A DNA stretch of 21,641 bases from an uncultured bacterium (GTDB lineage: Bacteria; Macinerneyibacteriota; Macinerneyibacteria; Macinerneyibacteriales; DSCS01), in assembly GCA_964548195.1 (NCBI GenBank), contig CAZJQC010000022.1, positions 1-21,641 of the forward strand. The letters are read 5' to 3'. Positions within the stretch are counted from its first letter, which is position 1; every line of letters starts with the position of its first letter. The notes beneath the pieces are model-generated. The model was not told the DNA's origin and did no database searches. It was given only the letters and a program-made list of their open reading frames with translations. Positions 17,391-21,641 of this stretch are shown here, in pieces. Position numbers and translations under genes: made by a program.

Positions 17391-18929
17391 ATGGAAAAGA
17401 TTTTGAAAAGACTGGGGCTGAGGGATGAAAACAACGGCATTCATGACGGATCCTCAGGGGGTATGAAAAAATGTGAGGGAAAGAGATTCATATCCTATTC
17501 GCCGATAGACGGTTCAGCCATAGCGGAGGTCATATCCGCCACACCGTCTGATTATGAATACATATCATCAAAGGCGCGCCGTGCCTTTGATAAATGGAGT
17601 TCCATGCCTGCTCCGAAACGGGGGGAGATAATACGGCAGATCGGCAACAGACTAAGGGAACATGAAGAGGACCTCGCTTCGCTGATAACCCTTGAGACGG
17701 GAAAAATACTTCCGGAAAGCCGGGGAGAGGTCAGGGAGATGACGGATATCTCGGATTTTGCGTTGGGCCAGAGCAGGATGCTTTACGGCCGGACGATGCA
17801 CAGTGAAAGAAAAGACCATACGATGAAAGAACAGTATCATCCCATGGGGCCGGCGGGGGTGATCACCGCTTTTAATTTTCCCGTGGCCGTATGGGCCTGG
17901 AACTCTCTTTTGGGAGGAGTATGCGGTAATACGGTCATATGGAAACCGAGTGAAAAGGCCGTGCTTTGCGCGATAGCCGTTCAAAATATAATTGCGCCGG
18001 TGATCGATGAAAATGGCTTGTCCGGAGTCTTTAACATGATTGCCGATTGCGATTCATCCGCGGGGAAGATGATCGCCTCCGACAAAAACGTACCTCTTGT
18101 CAGTGCCACTGGCAGCGTCAGGATGGGACGTGACGTGGGTGTCGCCGTGGCATCGCGTTTCGGGCGCAGCATATTGGAATTAGGCGGCAATAACGCAGTG
18201 ATAGTGGATGAGACCGCGGATATCGATCTGGCTGTGAAATCGGTATATTTTGGTTCTGTCGGCACGGCAGGCCAGCGTTGTACATCCACCAGGAGGCTGT
18301 TGATCGAGAGATCCGTCAAAGACGTCTTTATGGCCGGGCTTGTGGCGGCTTATGAAAGTACGGCGATTGGAGATCCCTTCGACAAAGGAACGGTCATGGG
18401 GCCGCTGATAGACGGAAACGCCGTCGATGATTATCACAGGACTATTGAAGAGGCATGCGCATCCGGGGGAGAACTGATCATCGGTAACAGGTCGGTGACT
18501 GTTCCCGGCAGGGAAAAAGGCCATTATGTCTTTCCATCCATCATCGAATGCGACAGGCACAACCCCTCGCTACAAAGGGAAGCCTTTGCGCCGATATTGT
18601 ATGTCGTCGGATTTGATGATTTCGGAGAGGCCGTAAAGATACAAAACGATGTCCCGCAGGGGTTAAGCAGCGCGTTGTTTTCCAATGACATACACCGGGA
18701 GCATCTGTTTCTCTCGCATCGGGGTTCCGATTGCGGGATAGCCAATGTCAATGCCGGCACATCCGGCGCTGAGATAGGCGGAGCGTTTGGAGGGGAAAAA
18801 GAGACAGGCGGAGGCAGGGAATCAGGATCCGATGCCTGGAGATCTTATATGAGACGCCAGACGAGTACGGTAAACTGGGGAGATTCGCTCCATTTTGCGC
18901 AAGGTGTGGAGTTCAAAATAAAATATTAG
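17391..18929 (+). CDS. Aldehyde dehydrogenase family 7 (alpha-aminoadipic semialdehyde / piperideine-6-carboxylate dehydrogenase-like)
   Basis: ITAFNFPVAVWAWN, WKPSEK, ATGSVRMG, catalytic Glu in LELGGNNA, catalytic Cys in GTAGQRCTS, and the ALDH7-type C-terminus SDCGIANVN...GAEIGGAFGGEKETGGGRESGSDAWRSYMRRQT...AQG. Confidence 0.93.
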   Translation: MEKILKRLGLRDENNGIHDGSSGGMKKCEGKRFISYSPIDGSAIAEVISATPSDYEYISSKARRAFDKWSSMPAPKRGEIIRQIGNRLREHEEDLASLITLETGKILPESRGEVREMTDISDFALGQSRMLYGRTMHSERKDHTMKEQYHPMGPAGVITAFNFPVAVWAWNSLLGGVCGNTVIWKPSEKAVLCAIAVQNIIAPVIDENGLSGVFNMIADCDSSAGKMIASDKNVPLVSATGSVRMGRDVGVAVASRFGRSILELGGNNAVIVDETADIDLAVKSVYFGSVGTAGQRCTSTRRLLIERSVKDVFMAGLVAAYESTAIGDPFDKGTVMGPLIDGNAVDDYHRTIEEACASGGELIIGNRSVTVPGREKGHYVFPSIIECDRHNPSLQREAFAPILYVVGFDDFGEAVKIQNDVPQGLSSALFSNDIHREHLFLSHRGSDCGIANVNAGTSGAEIGGAFGGEKETGGGRESGSDAWRSYMRRQTSTVNWGDSLHFAQGVEFKIKY

Positions 18930-18956
18930 AAGGTGAAATAATAAAAAATATTTTGC

Positions 18957-18984
18957 TTGACATGCGCGGGTTTCAGGTTATTAT
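18957..18984 (+). promoter_or_regulatory. Putative sigma70 promoter of the csp gene with an AT-rich UP-like element
   Basis: TTGACA (18957-18962), 16 nt, TATTAT (18979-18984), preceded by the A/T tract 18936-18954. Confidence 0.6.
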
Positions 18985-19056
18985 CATCACAGGACGGGAA
19001 CCAATCTAATGAATCGAGTTTAGTATCTAATATTAAATTTTGAGGAAAGGTAAGTT

Positions 19057-19242
19057 ATGAAAGGTAAAGTCAAGTGGTTTAATACTACAAAGGGTTTCGG
19101 GTTTATTGAAAAAGAAGATGGCGGAGATATCTTTGTCCACGTAAGCGACGTCAATGATCTTATTGACGAAGGCGACAATGTGGAGTTTGAGATCGGCGAG
19201 GGCAAAAAAGGTCCTTGCGCCAAAAACGTTAATAAGATCTGA
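19057..19242 (+). CDS. csp: Cold-shock domain protein (CspA family), 61 aa
   Basis: GKVKWFN, RNP1 KGFGFI, RNP2 IFVH, GKKGP.A.NV; SD GAGGAAAGG. Confidence 0.97.
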   Translation: MKGKVKWFNTTKGFGFIEKEDGGDIFVHVSDVNDLIDEGDNVEFEIGEGKKGPCAKNVNKI

Positions 19243-19271
19243 CGTTTTATAAGAAGTTAAAAGGCATTTAA

Positions 19272-19306
19272 AAACAGTTCCCGTCTGTTTCTTTTGTCGC
19301 TTTTTT
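19272..19306 (+). terminator. Probable weak intrinsic terminator of csp
   Basis: AAACAG-TTCCCGT-CTGTTT (19272-19290) followed by CTTTTGTCGCTTTTTT. Confidence 0.45.
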
Positions 19307-19325
19307 CATCCTGGTCATTATAGTT

Positions 19326-19354
19326 TTGCCAATTCCGATATTTTATTGTATCAT
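19326..19354 (+). promoter_or_regulatory. Putative sigma70 promoter for the PrsW-oxidoreductase genes
   Basis: TTGCCA (19326-19331), 17 nt, TATCAT (19349-19354). SD AGGAGGA before GTG 19378. Confidence 0.5.
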
Positions 19355-19377
19355 ATCCTGTAACGACAGGAGGATAC

Positions 19378-20058
19378 GTGATATTTCTTTTTGCGCTGGT
19401 CTCGGCGGTGGCGCCGGGTCTGTTCTGGCTTTGGTTTGTCTATTCGAAAGACCGATATGAACCCGAACCGAAAAAGCTGATCGCAAAGGCATTTTTTGTC
19501 GGCATGGCGGTTACTGTGCCTGCGATACTGCTCGAGCTGCTCTTTCACGTCAACGACTATATCACCATAGTCGCAGGGGCGCCCGTGATCGAAGAGTTGA
19601 TGAAGTTTCTGGGCGTGTATCTCTTCTTTTTCAGAAAAAAAGATTTCAACGAGCCTGTAGACGGCATCGTATACAGCGCTGCTGTCGCACTTGGGTTCGC
19701 GACACTGGAAAATACAGGCTATGTGCTTTCAGCGATGCTGGGGGGCGAGTTTGTCACGGTATCCGTGATGAGGGCGCTGCTCAGTGTTCCGGGCCATTTT
19801 CTCTTTTCAACGGTCTGGGGTTACGGCCTGGGTGCTGTTAAATTCGGTAAAAAGAAAAAAAACTTTTTGGCATATACCCTGCTCGCAGCCGTGGCATTGC
19901 ACGGCGCATTTAATTTTCTGGTGACAAATTTATCCTGGGTCGCATTGCTGTTTATATTTTTTACGGCTTTTATATGGGCGATATTTTTCAAAAACATAAA
20001 AAAATCGGTGGCGGCATCCCCCTTCAGGAGAAAAAACGCGACAGGTCAGGATGACTGA
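19378..20058 (+). CDS. prsW: PrsW-family intramembrane protease
   Basis: DRYEPEP N-terminal motif, PVIEELMK (EE motif), DFNEPVDGIVY, LGFATLEN, VPGH and LHGAFN; multiple TM helices; GTG start with a strong SD. Confidence 0.92.
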   Translation: MIFLFALVSAVAPGLFWLWFVYSKDRYEPEPKKLIAKAFFVGMAVTVPAILLELLFHVNDYITIVAGAPVIEELMKFLGVYLFFFRKKDFNEPVDGIVYSAAVALGFATLENTGYVLSAMLGGEFVTVSVMRALLSVPGHFLFSTVWGYGLGAVKFGKKKKNFLAYTLLAAVALHGAFNFLVTNLSWVALLFIFFTAFIWAIFFKNIKKSVAASPFRRKNATGQDD

Positions 20059-20080
20059 TGTCGAAAGATGGAGTCGTACA

Positions 20081-21493
20081 GTGAAAAGGAAACGGGTGAT
20101 CATCATCGGAGCGGGCCCCGCGGGAATTTTTACCGCTTTGGAACTGTTAAAAGAGATGCCGGGCTCGGAGATACTTATGATCGAAAAGGGCCGTTCCATA
20201 TATGACCGCTCATGCCCTAAAAGAAGCACCGGCGCATGCGCGCATTGCAAACCGTGCAACATAACAACGGGTTTCAGCGGCGCAGGGGCCTTCTCCGACG
20301 GAAAACTCTCATTAAGCCCCTTCGTGGGCGGGCTTGATGACTATCTGGATGACGCGGTCCTTGACCGTATGATAGCCTATGCATATGAAGAGTATTATGA
20401 AAAATTCGGGGCTGATTCAAAGACTTACGGCATCGAAAAAGACGCCATGATATCCGCATTGAAATTAAAGGCGATTCAGGCGAATCTCCGCCTCATAGAT
20501 TATCCCCTCAAGCATCTTGGCACCGAGCAGGCATATGAATTATACGCGCGTATTCAGGATTTCCTCCGGAAAAGCATGGTGAGCCTGTTGTTCCTCTCAA
20601 AGGTGGAAGACCTGATCATAGAGGGCGGCATGATAAAGGGCGTCAGGCTTGCGAACGGCGAAGAGCATTATTCCGATTCAGTCGTCATAACGGTGGGCAG
20701 GGAGGGTTCCGAATGGTTTAAGTCCATGTGCGGCCGCTACGGGCTCGCGACGGATGTGAACCCCGTGGACGTGGGAGTGCGCATCGAAGTCAAGGACGAG
20801 ATCATGAATAACATAAACGAAGCCCTGTATGAGGGCAAGTTGATATATTATACGGACACATATGATGACAAGGTACGTACATTTTGCCAGAACCCATCAG
20901 GGTATGTGGCTGTCGAGAACTATGAGGGGGATCTAGCCACGGTAAACGGACATTCATACAAGAACAAGAAATCCAATAACACCAATTTCGCATTGTTGGT
21001 GAGCAATAAGTTCGACCATCCGTTCAACAAACCCATTGAATACGGCAAAAAAGTCGCCGAGTTGGGCAATATGCTCGCGGACGGCAATATACTCGTACAG
21101 CGTTTCGGCGATTTTATACGGGGCCGGAGAACCACGCCGGAACGGCTTAAAAGGGGAAACGTGATCCCGACGATGGAGGACGCGGAACCCGGCGATCTGG
21201 GCCACGCCATACCATACAGGACGATGCTTGACATCAAGGAGACGATACAGGCTCTTGATAAACTGATACCGGGCCTTGCCAGCGATGAGACGCTTATGTA
21301 CGGTATTGAAGTCAAATTTTACGGCAACAGGGTGCGCGTGGATGAAAGGTTTGAGACAAATATAAAGGGGCTTTACGCCGGAGGCGACGGCGCCGGCTTG
21401 ACCAGGGGGCTTATGCACGCAAGTGTGAACGGCATACTGATAGCCAGAGGCATATTGCAGGGCGATGCGACTGAGCCCGTATGCAAACCCTGA
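20081..21493 (+). CDS. NAD(P)/FAD-dependent oxidoreductase of unknown function with an N-terminal Cys cluster (COG2509-like)
   Basis: Rossmann motif IIGAGPAG, CPKRSTGACAHCKPC, GFSGAGAFSDGKL, VDVGVRIE, VRTFCQNP, VNGHS, EVKFY and GDGAGLTRGL. GTG 20081 (SD GGAG) is preferred; ATG 20051, overlapping prsW, is the alternative. Confidence 0.88.
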   Translation: MKRKRVIIIGAGPAGIFTALELLKEMPGSEILMIEKGRSIYDRSCPKRSTGACAHCKPCNITTGFSGAGAFSDGKLSLSPFVGGLDDYLDDAVLDRMIAYAYEEYYEKFGADSKTYGIEKDAMISALKLKAIQANLRLIDYPLKHLGTEQAYELYARIQDFLRKSMVSLLFLSKVEDLIIEGGMIKGVRLANGEEHYSDSVVITVGREGSEWFKSMCGRYGLATDVNPVDVGVRIEVKDEIMNNINEALYEGKLIYYTDTYDDKVRTFCQNPSGYVAVENYEGDLATVNGHSYKNKKSNNTNFALLVSNKFDHPFNKPIEYGKKVAELGNMLADGNILVQRFGDFIRGRRTTPERLKRGNVIPTMEDAEPGDLGHAIPYRTMLDIKETIQALDKLIPGLASDETLMYGIEVKFYGNRVRVDERFETNIKGLYAGGDGAGLTRGLMHASVNGILIARGILQGDATEPVCKP

Positions 21494-21524
21494 ATCACGG
21501 GAAACGGACAGAGATGCGGATATC

Positions 21525-21641
21525 ATGCCTTTAAGAACGAAAGGGACTATAGACCCGCCGGCATACGTTGCCGCGGGATCGGCGCTCCTGCTTTTACAGC
21601 TTGTCGTTTTTTTGATACTGCCGAGCCGCCATGTGAAAAGC
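21525..21641 (+). CDS. Probable 5' fragment of a membrane-anchored protein (runs off the window edge)
   Basis: Hand translation MPLRTKGTIDPPAYVAAGSALLLLQLVVFLILPSRHVKS, open to the edge, with one hydrophobic stretch. The SD is weak. Confidence 0.4.
   Translation, partial: MPLRTKGTIDPPAYVAAGSALLLLQLVVFLILPSRHVKS

Noticed and set aside
19020..19223. 67-aa ORF antisense to csp as a possible toxin or overlapping gene
   Set aside because: It is the mirror frame of the csp gene, with no convincing SD or hydrophobic toxin-like helix.
3821..21526. Other 60-220 aa antisense or alternate-frame ORFs in the track (e.g. 3821-4471, 13115-13732, 16254-16907, 20954-21526)
   Set aside because: All overlap well-supported genes and show no family motifs.
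1..21641. CRISPR arrays, tRNA/rRNA genes, IS elements, known riboswitches
   Set aside because: All intergenic gaps are under 200 bp, and none shows repeat-spacer periodicity, a cloverleaf, a transposase or an aptamer consensus that I recognise.

Overview
Gene-dense bacterial window, almost all on the + strand, from a probable diderm (it encodes a TolC-family protein). In order: the 5' end of a divergent PTS-EIIA-like gene; a stand-alone pyruvate/oxaloacetate carboxyltransferase with no biotin domain; a cytoplasmic M16C (PreP-like) zinc peptidase; a translationally coupled RND-OMF(TolC)-MFP-RND export operon with two very different RND subunits; an orphan CHASE-like/PAS hybrid histidine kinase; an ALDH7-type aldehyde dehydrogenase; a short cold-shock protein; a PrsW-family protease; a Cys-cluster FAD oxidoreductase; and the start of a membrane protein. 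I saw no rRNA, tRNA, CRISPR array or mobile element. The best candidates for new biology are (i) the asymmetric two-RND exporter, with its structured leader, Cys/His-rich uORF and 72-aa cationic tail, and (ii) complementarity between the predicted 5' end of the csp mRNA and its own 3' hairpin. All family calls come from motif recognition by eye; no searches were run.
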